The translations under genes and the position numbers were made by a program. A stretch of 64,000 nt of DNA from the NCBI GenBank assembly GCA_964013675.1, contig CAXGXE010000001.1:5411-69410 (forward strand). Direction: 5' to 3'. The notes under the pieces are model-generated. The model was given only the letters and a program-made list of their open reading frames with translations. It had not been told where the DNA came from and did not search any database. Origin of the DNA: an uncultured Verrucomicrobiales bacterium (GTDB lineage Bacteria > Verrucomicrobiota > Verrucomicrobiia > Limisphaerales > UBA1100). Position 1 is the first letter of the stretch; every line of letters starts with the position of its first letter. Below, in pieces: positions 45,864 through 56,486 of the stretch.

Positions 45864-48800
45864 ATGCGATGTTGGATCTCCATCGCGGTGTTTTCTGTCG
45901 CCTGCAATGTGTTTGCCGCCCCGGATTTTAGCCGGGACGTTTTGCCTATTCTTTCGGATACCTGTTTTACCTGCCACGGTCCCGATGCTAACGCGCGTAA
46001 AGCTAAGCTGCGTTTGGATGTGGAGGCGGATGCCAAGCAGGAAGTTATTATTCCGGGTAAAAGTGCAGAGAGCGAAATCATCGCGCGCATTTTTTCAGAG
46101 GATGCGGATGAACTCATGCCGCCGCCGGAATCGAATCTCAAACTAACCGCAGCCCAAAAGGCTACGCTCAAGGAATGGATCGATGCGGGTGCCAAGTGGG
46201 GTAAGCATTGGGCGTATGAAACTCCCAAACCCGTGGCCCTACCAAAAGTGAAGCTGGCCGACTGGCCGCGTAGTGGAATCGATAACTTTATTCTGGCGCG
46301 ATTGGAGCGGGAAGGTTTGAAGCCTTCCAAGGCAGCGGATCGGATTACATGGTTGCGCCGAGTAACTTTGGATCTCACTGGATTACCCCCCACTTTGGTC
46401 GAAGTGGATGCTTTCCAGAAAGACAAATCTCCCAAGGCATTTGAAACAGTGGTCGACCGCCTTTTGGCTTCACCGCGTTATGGCGAGCGTATGGCTTGGG
46501 ATTGGCTCGAGGCCGCAAGGTATGCCGATAGCAATGGGTATCAGGGTGATCGCGAACGAACCATGTGGCCGTGGCGTGATTGGGTGGTTCGCGCCTTCAA
46601 TGCCAATCAGCCGTACAACGATTTTACCGTGGAACAGATCGCCGGCGACCTGCTGCCGAATGCAACGGAGGAGCAGGTGCTGGCGACGGGCTTCAATCGT
46701 AACCACATGATCAACGGCGAAGGTGGCCGTATCGCAGCAGAAAACCGTGTGGAGTATGTTTTTGATCAGACTGAAACGGTCGGCACGGTTTGGATGGGAC
46801 TGACCTTTAATTGCTGCCGCTGCCATGATCATAAGTTCGACCCGATCAGTCAGCGTGATTACTTCAGCATGTATTCTTTCTTTAATCAAACGCCGGTGAA
46901 TGGTGGTGGTGGAGATCCAGCAATGGCGCCCAATATTCAGGTGGGCACACCGGAGCAGAAAAAGGAGATTGCCGGTCTCGAGCAAAAGATCGCCGCGTAT
47001 ACGAAAGCCATCGCCGCCCGACGCGCGGTATTGGCACAAGGGCAGGCGAAGTGGGAAGCGGAGCAGTTGAAGCGCGGATCAGCCTCGGCGTGGACGTCAC
47101 TGAAACCCATCGCCGCCCGCGCGCAGCAGCAGACTTTGGAATTGCTGCCGGATCAATCCGTGCTGGCGAAAGGCAAGCTGCCCGATCGCGATGAGTATGC
47201 GGTGCAAATGGCCGCGGGCGTGAAACCGTTTCGTCATGTGCGGTTGGAGGCATTGCAGCATGCGAGTTTGCCTGCGGGCGGGTTGAGCCGCGTGAAAGGC
47301 GGCAACTTTGTGCTAACGGATTTCAAGATAATGATCGAGAGCACGGGTTCCGAACCAAAGGAATTGAAGCTAACGGGCGCTAAATCGACATTCAATCAGG
47401 GCGGCCTTGATGTGAAACAGGCGATTGATGACAACGCCGGTAGTGGATGGGGAGTATGGCCGGGGCAGCAAGGTGTTAAGCAGGCACACACGGCAATATT
47501 CACGCTTGCTGAACCTGCGGTGGAAAAAGCTGGCACCAAGTTGACGGTTCTCATGAAATTTAATCACTCGGCTAAGCAGCATGTAATGGGACGGTTTCGC
47601 GTGTCCGTTTCTAATGCAGGCGAGCCGGACTTTGGTTCAGGCGAATTACTGACAGCGCTGCAGGCTGAGCCCGCCAAACGTACGGTGGCTATGAAGGAGA
47701 TAGTCAGCAAAGCCTACAGTTTGAATGACCCTGAATTGCGCCGGTTGCAAACCGAGACAGATGCCGCGAAAAAACGCATCAACGATTTGCGCAAAGCGTT
47801 CCCCAAAGTGATGGTGATGCGTGATGGGACCAAGCGCGAAACGCGCGTGCTCATCCGCGGTGTGTACAACAAGCCTACGGACATCGTGGTGAGCAGTAAC
47901 ACGCCGGAGAGTTTGCCGCCGTTACCAGAAGATGCTCCGCGCAACCGGTTGGGATTGGCGGAGTGGCTGGTCAATCCCAAGCATCCGTTGACCGCTCGTG
48001 TGACGGTTAACCGGATCTGGCAGCAGTTCTTTGGTACGGGATTAGTGAAGACCACCGAGGATTTTGGTGTGCAAAGTGAACGGCCGAGTCATCCGGGTTT
48101 GCTTGACTGGCTGGCGCAGGAATTTGTTTCCGATAACTGGAACGTCAAGAGGCTGCATCGACGGATCTTGCTGAGTGCAACCTACCGCCAAAGCTCAGCG
48201 GTGACATCTGCGTTGCACGAGCGCGATCCGGAAAACCGGCTGCTGGCACGTATGACACGCTACCGGTTGCCTTCGTGGATGATTCGTGATCAGGCCCTGG
48301 CGATAAGCGGACTGTTGGTGGAAAGGATGGGAGGGCCTCCAGTGAAGCCTTATCAGCCGCCGGGCGTTTGGGCCGAAAGCACGTTTGGCAAAAAACGCTA
48401 CGCACAGGACAAAGGCGAAGCTTTGTATCGACGTAGTCTTTATACTTTCTGGCGGCGGATTGTGGGGCCCACGATGTTCTTTGATGAAGCCAAACGCCAG
48501 ACCTGTGAAGTGCGCCGCGCGCGGACGAACACGCCGCTGCATGCATTGATCACCCTCAACGATGTTACCTATGTAGAAGCCGCCCGCGCAATGGCCCAGC
48601 GGGTTCTTCACGAAGGCGGAGTCGATGACGTAGCCCGCGTGGCGTATGCCTTTCGCCTAGCGACTGCCCGCCCGCCATCCGCAGAGGAAGCGGTCGTGCT
48701 GCGTCAGCGCATCCAGCAATTGCGCGTCACCTACGCTGCCAAACCTGAGGCTGCGCAGGAGTTGTTAAAGGTCGGCGAACATGTCCGCGACGAAACTCTT

Positions 48801-48878
48801 ACCGTGACCGATCATGCGGCATATACGGTGTTGTGCAATCTGCTGTTTAACCTCGACGAAGTGATTACGCGTGAATGA
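45864..48878 (+). CDS. PSCyt/DUF1549/DUF1553 domain-containing protein (Planctomycete cytochrome c family)
   Basis: Signal peptide, N-terminal CFTCHGPD, DUF1549 with CCRCHDHKFDP, and C-terminal DUF1553 (LLFNLDEVITRE). ATG at 45864 chosen; a GTG at 45843 is the alternative start. Confidence 0.85.
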   Translation: MRCWISIAVFSVACNVFAAPDFSRDVLPILSDTCFTCHGPDANARKAKLRLDVEADAKQEVIIPGKSAESEIIARIFSEDADELMPPPESNLKLTAAQKATLKEWIDAGAKWGKHWAYETPKPVALPKVKLADWPRSGIDNFILARLEREGLKPSKAADRITWLRRVTLDLTGLPPTLVEVDAFQKDKSPKAFETVVDRLLASPRYGERMAWDWLEAARYADSNGYQGDRERTMWPWRDWVVRAFNANQPYNDFTVEQIAGDLLPNATEEQVLATGFNRNHMINGEGGRIAAENRVEYVFDQTETVGTVWMGLTFNCCRCHDHKFDPISQRDYFSMYSFFNQTPVNGGGGDPAMAPNIQVGTPEQKKEIAGLEQKIAAYTKAIAARRAVLAQGQAKWEAEQLKRGSASAWTSLKPIAARAQQQTLELLPDQSVLAKGKLPDRDEYAVQMAAGVKPFRHVRLEALQHASLPAGGLSRVKGGNFVLTDFKIMIESTGSEPKELKLTGAKSTFNQGGLDVKQAIDDNAGSGWGVWPGQQGVKQAHTAIFTLAEPAVEKAGTKLTVLMKFNHSAKQHVMGRFRVSVSNAGEPDFGSGELLTALQAEPAKRTVAMKEIVSKAYSLNDPELRRLQTETDAAKKRINDLRKAFPKVMVMRDGTKRETRVLIRGVYNKPTDIVVSSNTPESLPPLPEDAPRNRLGLAEWLVNPKHPLTARVTVNRIWQQFFGTGLVKTTEDFGVQSERPSHPGLLDWLAQEFVSDNWNVKRLHRRILLSATYRQSSAVTSALHERDPENRLLARMTRYRLPSWMIRDQALAISGLLVERMGGPPVKPYQPPGVWAESTFGKKRYAQDKGEALYRRSLYTFWRRIVGPTMFFDEAKRQTCEVRRARTNTPLHALITLNDVTYVEAARAMAQRVLHEGGVDDVARVAYAFRLATARPPSAEEAVVLRQRIQQLRVTYAAKPEAAQELLKVGEHVRDETLTVTDHAAYTVLCNLLFNLDEVITRE

Positions 48879-50340
48879 TATGAATCCATTGACTGAATCC
48901 CAGCTCATGATCAATCGCCGGCAGTTTTTCGGCCGGACGGCGACGGGGATTGGCGCGGCGGCTTTGGGGGATCTGTTACAACAAGACGGCTTGGCGGGCC
49001 AGACCGACGGGGCGTTTGGCGGGCTGGGTTCAGTGCCTCATTTTGCACCCAAGGCGAAGCGGGTGATTTATCTATTCATGAATGGAGCGCCAACGCACAC
49101 GGATTTGTATGACTACAAGCCGTTGCAGGAGCAGTTGCATGGTAAGCCGGTGCCTCAGGATTTTGTGGAGGGCAAACGGTTCAGCACCATGACGGGAAAT
49201 CCGCAGGGCAAGTTGATGCTGGCGCCGATTGAGCCGTTCAAGCAGCACGGGCAAAGCGGCGCGTGGGTGAGCAACTTCATGCCGCACGTGGGTAAGGCGG
49301 CCGATGATATTTGCTTCATTAAGAGCATGCACACTGAGCAGGTGAACCATGCGCCTGCGATTTCGTTTTTCATGTCCGGCGCGGAAATACCCGGTCGACC
49401 GACGCTGGGCGCGTGGCTTAGCTATGGGCTGGGTAGCGACACAGACAGTCTGCCGTCGTTTGTGGTGATGACCAGCGTTAGCAAGGGGACGACCTGCGGC
49501 CAGATTTTCTATGATTTTTACTGGGGCAGCGGATTTCTGCCCTCGCGCTTTCAGGGTGTAAAATTTCGTGCGGGCGGCGATCCGGTATTGTATTTGCAAA
49601 ACCCCAACGGCATCACAGGCCAAGAGCGTCGTGGGATGCTTGATGATCTGGGTAAACTCAACCGCATGCGCCATGCGGAGTTTGGTGACCCGGAAATTCT
49701 CACGCGCATTGCACAGTACGAGATGGCCTACCGTATGCAAACCAGCGTGCCGGAACTCACCGATGTGGCTAAGGAACCGAAGAGTGTGCTGGATCTCTAC
49801 GGGCCCTCGGTGAAGGAGCGCGGCTCCTTTGCCTACAACTGCCTGATGGCGCGCCGGTTGATTGAGCGCGGCACGCGGTTTGTACAGGTGATGCACGCGG
49901 GCTGGGATCAGCACCGCAGCGTGACCACCGAGCTGTACAATCAATGCCGCGACACGGACCAGCCGAGCGCTGGATTGATTGCCGATCTCAAACAACGCGG
50001 GTTGCTGGAGGATACCTTGGTGGTCTGGGGTGGCGAATTCGGTCGCACGCCGTTTATTCAGGGTGACATCCGGAATCGCAAGCAATGGGGGCGCGATCAT
50101 CATCCTTACGCCTTCACCACGTGGATGGCCGGCGGCGGGGTGAAGCCGGGTATGACCTACGGTGCGAGTGACGATCTGGGTATCAACGCCGTGCAGAACC
50201 GCGTGCATGTGCACGATTTCCAAGCCACGCTGCTGCATTTGCTGGGCATTGATCATGAGCGGTTCACCTACAAGTTTCAGGGCCGGCGATATCGCCTAAC
50301 CGATGTGCATGGAAAAGTGGTGAAACCAATTTTGGTATGA
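48871..50340 (+). CDS. DUF1501 domain-containing protein (Tat signal)
   Basis: INRRQFFGRTATGIGAAALG and GGEFGRTP...GRDHHP. 8-nt overlap with the upstream PSCyt gene. Confidence 0.9.
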   Translation: MNDMNPLTESQLMINRRQFFGRTATGIGAAALGDLLQQDGLAGQTDGAFGGLGSVPHFAPKAKRVIYLFMNGAPTHTDLYDYKPLQEQLHGKPVPQDFVEGKRFSTMTGNPQGKLMLAPIEPFKQHGQSGAWVSNFMPHVGKAADDICFIKSMHTEQVNHAPAISFFMSGAEIPGRPTLGAWLSYGLGSDTDSLPSFVVMTSVSKGTTCGQIFYDFYWGSGFLPSRFQGVKFRAGGDPVLYLQNPNGITGQERRGMLDDLGKLNRMRHAEFGDPEILTRIAQYEMAYRMQTSVPELTDVAKEPKSVLDLYGPSVKERGSFAYNCLMARRLIERGTRFVQVMHAGWDQHRSVTTELYNQCRDTDQPSAGLIADLKQRGLLEDTLVVWGGEFGRTPFIQGDIRNRKQWGRDHHPYAFTTWMAGGGVKPGMTYGASDDLGINAVQNRVHVHDFQATLLHLLGIDHERFTYKFQGRRYRLTDVHGKVVKPILV

Positions 50341-50408
50341 ATCTTTTTTCGCCCAATCTCATCCAATCTTTACACGCCTCCCCACGGGCGGCATGATTGA
50401 TTTTTGGC

Positions 50409-53400
50409 ATGAAAAATTGGCGGATTTTATTGAGCTTCGGGTTGTTGACGGCGATGGCTTCGGCGGCACCCAAGAAGATTTCATTTAATCGCGATGTCCG
50501 CGCAATTCTCTCGGAGAATTGCTACACTTGTCACGGACCAGATGCCGCCGCCCGTAAGGCAAAACTGCGTTTGGATAAGCGCGAGGCTGCAGTTGCAGAA
50601 AATAAGGGCGGTCTATTCGCCATTAAGCCGGGCGACGTGGAGGACAGCGAGCTGATCTACCGCATTTTTGCCAAAGACGCCGATGAACTGATGCCGCCCA
50701 AGGAATCCAAGCTCGCCCTGACGGCGGAGCAAAAGGCGATCCTGAAACAATGGGTCGCTGAAGGCGCGGAGTACGAGCCGCACTGGGCGTATGTAAAACC
50801 GAAACGTGAAGCAGTGCCGGCGGTGAAGAATTCCCAGTGGAGCCGCAACGACGTGGATCGCTTTATTCTCGCGCAACTGGAGAAGCGTGGCTGGGCACCC
50901 TCGAAGGTGGCGGACAAGCAGGCGTTAATACGAAGAGTGAGCTTGGATTTAACAGGGTTGCCACCGGCGCGGGCGGAGGTGGCGGCGTTTGTGGCTGATA
51001 CCTCGCCGGAAGCGTATGAGAAACTCGTGGACCGTCTCTTGGCCAAGCCGGCGTATGGCGAGCATTGGGCGCGGCAATGGCTGGACCTTGCGCGGTACGC
51101 TGACAGTACCGGTTACGCGGATGATCAGCCGCGCACGATCTGGGGGTATCGCGATTGGGTCATCCGCGCGCTGAACAGCAATATGCCGTTTGATCAATTC
51201 ACGCGCGAACAACTGGCGGGCGATCTGCTCGATAAACCGACCAATGATCAGCTGATCGCCACTGCGTTTCATCGTAATACGCAGACGAACAACGAAGGTG
51301 GCACGTCCGATGAGGAGTTTCGCAATGTAGCGGTGGTCGATCGCGTAAACACCACCATGCAGGTGTGGATGGGCACCACGATGGCCTGCGCGCAATGCCA
51401 TGATCACAAGTACGATCCGCTGAGCCAGGAGGAGTACTTCCGCATGTTCGCGATTTTCAACAACACCGAGGACAGCGACAAACGCGACGAGGCGCCGTTT
51501 GTCAGCCTGTTTACGGATGAACAGAAAAAGCAACGGGCGGCCACCGAGCTGAAGGTGACCGCGCTGGAGAAGGAGCTGAATCAGCTTAAGGCCACGGCGT
51601 TGGATGGGCTGGAACCGTGGGCCAAGCAGTTCGAGCAGCACGTGCCGGTGAAGCGGTTACAGATTCAACGCGAAGGCAATCAGCTGAATGTGCTGCCGCT
51701 GCCCGGCAAATTCGATCGCCTGCAGGTGGCTGGGGTGGATCCGGCGCGCGTGACGCTGAAGCTGCGGCCGCAGGGTGCGAAACATTTAAAGGGTCGCTTC
51801 GTGCGCGTCACCAACGTGGGCAAGGGCGTGTTTCTTCATCTGGGTGAGGTGCAGGTGTTCAGCAAAGGCGCCAACATCGCGCCCAAAGGCAAAGCCACCC
51901 AAAGCAGCACGGATTTCGGTGGCCCGGCGAAGTACGGCAATGACGGCAATACCAGCGGCGATTTTGCCAAGGAAACCGTAACGCACACAGCGCAGGAAGA
52001 CAACCCGTGGTGGGAGGTGGATCTCGGTAGCGAACAGCCCATCGAGAAGCTCGCGCTCTGGAACCGCACCGACTCCGGCCTAGCCGAGCGGCTCAAGGTG
52101 CATCGCGTGGAGGTGCTGGACGCCGATCGCAAGGTGGTTTGGAAACAGGAATCCAACAAGGTCTTCAAGGTGAATGTCGACTACGCGCTCGACGGTGCGC
52201 GGTTGCTGCCCTTCGTGTCCGTGCCCAACACGCGCGATCCGGGTTTCCTGAAATTCAAGGGCGCTGTCGACGTGGCCGAGGGCGATGTCGCCGAGGTGAC
52301 CATTAAGGATCTCAAGGACGAGGAGGTCATCATCTCCATCATCGTCGGCGCGTTGCCTAAGCTGGAGCAGGCGCTGCCCAAGGACGTGCACGGCATTCTC
52401 AGTACGCCGGTTGAAAAACGCAGCGTGGCGCAAGTGAAACGGCTCAAGGGTTATTTCGCCGACAACAACCCCAAGATCCTCGCCAAGGCGAAGGAGCTGG
52501 AAGCGGCCAAAAAACAGCTCGCCGTTATGAAAGGCACCACCACCGTGCCGGTGATGCGCGAGATGGCCAAGGGCCGCGAGACGCATATTCAGCTGCGCGG
52601 TAACTATCAGCAGAAAGACAAGCGCGTGTACGAGGGCGTGCCTGAAGTGTTCGGCGTGCCGACCGCTGAGAAGCCCAACCGCCTGCAGCTGGCCGACTGG
52701 ATTCTGGATGAGGGGAACCCGCTCACCGCGCGCGTGATTGCTAACCGATATTGGGAATCCATCTTCGGCACCGGCATCGTACGCACCAGCGAGGAGTTTG
52801 GTTCGCAGGGCGAATTGCCGACGCATCCGGCGTTGCTCGACTGGCTGGCCACCGAGTTGGTGCGGGTGAAGTGGGATCCTAAGACGTTTCTCAAACTGCT
52901 GGTCACCAGCGCCGCGTACCGGCAGGACTCACGCTCCACACCGGAACATTTGGAGAACGACCCGGCCAACCGCTTTTACGCGCGCGGACCGCGCTTGCGG
53001 TTGACCGCCGAGATGATCCGCGATCAGGCAATGTTCGTCAGTGGCTTACTCAGCAGCAAAATGTACGGCGTGCCGGTGAAGCCTTATCAACCAAGCTTCG
53101 GTGTGTCGGCGGCGTTTGGGCCGGGTATGGACTGGAAAACTAGCGCGGGCGAGGACAAGTATCGCCGCGGTATTTACACCCACTGGCGCCGCACCAATCC
53201 GTACCCCTCCATGGCGGCGTTTGATGCGCCAAACCGCAACGTTTGCACCGTGCGCCGAGTGCCCACCAACACTCCGCTGCAAGCATTGGTGACGATGAAC
53301 GATCCAGTGTACGTGGAAGCCTCACAGGCTCTGGCCCGCCGCATGATGAAAGAGGGTGGCGACACGGCGGCCGCGCGGGTGACTTTCGGTCTGCGCCTAT

Positions 53401-53618
53401 GCCTCTCGCGTGAGCCCAAGCCCGCCGAGGTGGGTCGTCTGGAGGAACTCTTCAACGAATTGCTGGCCGATTACCAACAGGATCCCGAGGCCGCCAAGAT
53501 GATGGCCACCGACCCGCTTGGTCCGCTTCCTGAGGGCATGAAAGCCGACGAGCTTGCGGCTTGGACCATCGTCGGCAATGTAATTTTGAATCTCGATGAG
53601 ATGTTCATGAAACGTTAA
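50409..53618 (+). CDS. PSCyt/DUF1549/DUF1553 protein with an inserted F5/8 type C (discoidin)-like domain
   Basis: CYTCHGPD, CAQCHDHKYDP, C-terminal ILNLDEMFMKR. The middle segment FVRVTN...GEVQVFS...ATQSST...NDGNTSGDF...NPWWEVDLG...LWNR resembles a discoidin/galactose-binding-like domain. Confidence 0.85.
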   Translation: MKNWRILLSFGLLTAMASAAPKKISFNRDVRAILSENCYTCHGPDAAARKAKLRLDKREAAVAENKGGLFAIKPGDVEDSELIYRIFAKDADELMPPKESKLALTAEQKAILKQWVAEGAEYEPHWAYVKPKREAVPAVKNSQWSRNDVDRFILAQLEKRGWAPSKVADKQALIRRVSLDLTGLPPARAEVAAFVADTSPEAYEKLVDRLLAKPAYGEHWARQWLDLARYADSTGYADDQPRTIWGYRDWVIRALNSNMPFDQFTREQLAGDLLDKPTNDQLIATAFHRNTQTNNEGGTSDEEFRNVAVVDRVNTTMQVWMGTTMACAQCHDHKYDPLSQEEYFRMFAIFNNTEDSDKRDEAPFVSLFTDEQKKQRAATELKVTALEKELNQLKATALDGLEPWAKQFEQHVPVKRLQIQREGNQLNVLPLPGKFDRLQVAGVDPARVTLKLRPQGAKHLKGRFVRVTNVGKGVFLHLGEVQVFSKGANIAPKGKATQSSTDFGGPAKYGNDGNTSGDFAKETVTHTAQEDNPWWEVDLGSEQPIEKLALWNRTDSGLAERLKVHRVEVLDADRKVVWKQESNKVFKVNVDYALDGARLLPFVSVPNTRDPGFLKFKGAVDVAEGDVAEVTIKDLKDEEVIISIIVGALPKLEQALPKDVHGILSTPVEKRSVAQVKRLKGYFADNNPKILAKAKELEAAKKQLAVMKGTTTVPVMREMAKGRETHIQLRGNYQQKDKRVYEGVPEVFGVPTAEKPNRLQLADWILDEGNPLTARVIANRYWESIFGTGIVRTSEEFGSQGELPTHPALLDWLATELVRVKWDPKTFLKLLVTSAAYRQDSRSTPEHLENDPANRFYARGPRLRLTAEMIRDQAMFVSGLLSSKMYGVPVKPYQPSFGVSAAFGPGMDWKTSAGEDKYRRGIYTHWRRTNPYPSMAAFDAPNRNVCTVRRVPTNTPLQALVTMNDPVYVEASQALARRMMKEGGDTAAARVTFGLRLCLSREPKPAEVGRLEELFNELLADYQQDPEAAKMMATDPLGPLPEGMKADELAAWTIVGNVILNLDEMFMKR

Positions 53619-53631
53619 CCTGATTACCAAA

Positions 53632-55089
53632 ATGAATCTGCAACACGAACAGCTTTTACATCGCACGCGCCGACAGTTTCTCGGCGAGGCAGGGATGGGT
53701 CTAGGCGCGGCAGCGCTGACCTCGATGATAGGCGGCGCGCAAACGGCCTCGGCCGATGTGGAGTTTGATCCCACGCAACCGCTCAAACCACGCCGCCCGC
53801 ATTTTGCGCCCAAAGCTAAGGCCGTCATTTACCTGCACATGACCGGGTCACCGCCAGTTTTGGACATGTTCGATTACAAGCCGCAGCTGCAGAAGCGGGA
53901 AGGCGAGAATTGTCCGGACGAATATCTGAAAGGCCGGCGGTTTGCCTTTACCTCGGGCGTGCCGAAGCTGATGGGCACGCCGCACGATTTCAAACAGCAC
54001 GGACAAACCGGCGCGTGGATGAGCGACGCGGTGCCGGAGCTGGCCAAGCACGTGGACGATATTTCGTTTATCAAATCCATGACGACGGATCAGTTTAACC
54101 ACGCGCCGGCGGAGCTGCTGCTCTACACCGGTAACGCGCGCGAAGGTCGGCCGAGCATGGGTTCGTGGGTCACGTACGGGCTCGGCAGCGCGAACCAGAA
54201 TCTACCTGGCTTCGTGGCACTCATCTCCAGCGGCGTACAGCCCAATGGCGGCAAGAACTCCTTCGGCAGCGGCTTTATGCCTAGCGTGTTTCAGGGCGTG
54301 CAATGTCGGTCCAAGGGCGATCCGGTGCTCTATGTGTCCAACCCCAAAGGCATGAGCCGTGCGTTGCGCCGTAAGAGCCTTGATGCGCTCAATGACCTGA
54401 ATCGCATTCAGGCGAAGGAACTCGGTAGCCCCGAGACTATCACGCGTATTGCGCAGTACGAGATGGCTTATCGCATGCAGGCAAGCGTGCCAGAAGTCAT
54501 GGATATTACTAAGGAGCCGCAGCACATCCTCGACAGCTATGGCGCCAAGCCCGGCGCGGGAAGTTTGGCCAACAACATTTTGCTTGCTCGGCGCTTAGTG
54601 GAAAAGGGAGTACGTTTTGTACACCTCTTCGATTGGGGCTGGGATTTCCACGGTACCGGCGCCGGAACCGGCCTCGGCGATGGTCTGCGCAACAAATGCA
54701 AGACGATGGATAAACCCATCGCCGCACTAATCAAGGATCTCAAGGAGCGCGGATTATTTGAGGATACCCTCATCGTGTGGGGCGGCGAATTCGGTCGCAC
54801 GCCCTTCCGCGAAGGCCGCACAGCCAAGGGTAAAGTGCTTGGGCGCGATCATTATCCGGACGTTTACACTCAATGGATGGCCGGCGGTGGCACCAAGCCC
54901 GGCACCTACGGCGCCAGCGACGAGCTGGGCTTCAAGGTCGCCGAGGACAAGGTGCACGTGCACGATCTACAGGCCACCATCCTGCATCTCATGGGTATGG
55001 ATCACGAGAAACTCTATTACCGTTTCCAAGGCCGCAAATATCGCCTCACCGATGTGCACGGCAAAGTGGTGAAGGGCGTACTGGCTTAG
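53632..55089 (+). CDS. DUF1501 domain-containing protein (Tat signal)
   Basis: TRRQFLGEAGMGLGAAAL and GGEFGRTP...GRDHYP. Paired with the upstream PSCyt gene. Confidence 0.9.
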   Translation: MNLQHEQLLHRTRRQFLGEAGMGLGAAALTSMIGGAQTASADVEFDPTQPLKPRRPHFAPKAKAVIYLHMTGSPPVLDMFDYKPQLQKREGENCPDEYLKGRRFAFTSGVPKLMGTPHDFKQHGQTGAWMSDAVPELAKHVDDISFIKSMTTDQFNHAPAELLLYTGNAREGRPSMGSWVTYGLGSANQNLPGFVALISSGVQPNGGKNSFGSGFMPSVFQGVQCRSKGDPVLYVSNPKGMSRALRRKSLDALNDLNRIQAKELGSPETITRIAQYEMAYRMQASVPEVMDITKEPQHILDSYGAKPGAGSLANNILLARRLVEKGVRFVHLFDWGWDFHGTGAGTGLGDGLRNKCKTMDKPIAALIKDLKERGLFEDTLIVWGGEFGRTPFREGRTAKGKVLGRDHYPDVYTQWMAGGGTKPGTYGASDELGFKVAEDKVHVHDLQATILHLMGMDHEKLYYRFQGRKYRLTDVHGKVVKGVLA

Positions 55090-55096
55090 AAGCAAT

Positions 55097-55435
55097 TTAG
55101 TCCTCCTCAAACCACAACACGCCGTCTTCCTCCACCACCTCTAGGGGAAACAAACTCGCCCCCGCACATGGCCCGCGCGTGCAGAGCCCCGTGTCGGGTT
55201 CATATACCGCGCCGTGTGTCTGGCACATCAGCGCATCGCCCTGATTAGTGAAAAACCGGTTATCGCCGTAATCGAGTGAAATCGGAATGTGCCGGCAGGT
55301 ATTTTCGTAAGCAAATAGTTTCCCTTTAAATCGTCCAACAAACCCTTCCAATAGTCGCTCTCCACGTGTGAATGAGAATTTGATGGTTTTGCCCTCCTCA
55401 ATTTCTTCCAGTGTTGCGATCCGAATGCGTGACAC
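55097..55435 (-). CDS. Rieske (2Fe-2S) domain protein
   Basis: CRH...(17 aa)...CQTHG motif pair (CxH / CxxH). Typical of small soluble Rieske ferredoxins at 112 aa. Confidence 0.85.
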   Translation of the reverse strand: MSRIRIATLEEIEEGKTIKFSFTRGERLLEGFVGRFKGKLFAYENTCRHIPISLDYGDNRFFTNQGDALMCQTHGAVYEPDTGLCTRGPCAGASLFPLEVVEEDGVLWFEED

Positions 55436-55508
55436 GGCCGCATCCTATTCATTGACTAGTGACGGAAAAGACTTTTCGACTTTTGTGTGTCTTTGGCAAA
55501 CTGCGTAC

Positions 55509-56486
55509 GTGAAACCTCTACTGATATTAATAATACTGTTTGTTGCTACAGGCACTCAGGCCGCTTTAAGAGGTTGGCCAGCGGAAATTAAGGAAATCAA
55601 ATACCGCAGTGCAGCAGATAAATCTGATCAGCCATCGCTACATTTTGCGCCAAAAACCAAAAAAGCGAGACCGTTGTTGGTGGGGTTGCATTCGTGGTCT
55701 AGCGATTATCGGCAGGCGAACACTTCTTACGGTCAGTGGGCTGTGAATCACGATTGGCACTTCATTCATCCTAACTTCCGTGGGCGTAATCGTACGCCGT
55801 CTTCGATGGGCTCGGAGCTTGCAGTACAGGATATTCTCAGTGCTGTTTCGTGGGCTAAGCAGCAAGGGAACGTTGATCCTAATCGAATTTATGTAATTGG
55901 AGCCTCGGGCGGTGGTTATGCGAGCCTATTGATGGCGGGGCGTGCGCCTAAACTGTGGGCGGGTGTCTCGGCGTGGGTGCCGATTTCAGATTTGGTGAAG
56001 TGGCATGCAGAAACGGCCGCCCGCAAGCTGCGATATGCGGGCGAGATTGAGGCGGCGCTGGGCGGTCATAAACCTGTGCCCGGCACGCCGGCGCATGCGG
56101 ATGCCTTGAAACGCTCGGCCATTACCTACATGGCCCGCGCGCGCGGCGTGAATCTGGACATCAACGCCGGCATCACTGACGGCCACGACGGCAGTGTGCC
56201 GATCAGCCATTCGCTGGAGGCCTTCAACGCGTTGGCGGCGCCCAAGGATCGGCTCAGCCCGGCGTTGATCGGAGAGTTTGTAAAAACGGCCAAGGTGCCG
56301 ACCACCTTGCGAAAAGAAGCGGCAGTCGATTCGCGTTATGGGCGAAAAACTGTTCTTTTCCGCAGAAAATCAGGCGCCGCGCGGGTGACGATTTTTCAGG
56401 GCGGCCACGAAATAATCCCCGAGGCTGGCCTGCAATGGCTTGCCAAGCAAGTGCGGAAAGAACAGGATTCGCCCCCCGAAAAATGA
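55509..56486 (+). CDS. alpha/beta hydrolase, prolyl oligopeptidase (S9)-like, secreted
   Basis: Nucleophile elbow GASGGGY. Signal peptide from the in-frame GTG at 55509 (KPLLILIILFVATGTQA). The longer listed ORF would overlap the divergent Rieske gene. Confidence 0.65.
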   Translation: MKPLLILIILFVATGTQAALRGWPAEIKEIKYRSAADKSDQPSLHFAPKTKKARPLLVGLHSWSSDYRQANTSYGQWAVNHDWHFIHPNFRGRNRTPSSMGSELAVQDILSAVSWAKQQGNVDPNRIYVIGASGGGYASLLMAGRAPKLWAGVSAWVPISDLVKWHAETAARKLRYAGEIEAALGGHKPVPGTPAHADALKRSAITYMARARGVNLDINAGITDGHDGSVPISHSLEAFNALAAPKDRLSPALIGEFVKTAKVPTTLRKEAAVDSRYGRKTVLFRRKSGAARVTIFQGGHEIIPEAGLQWLAKQVRKEQDSPPEK

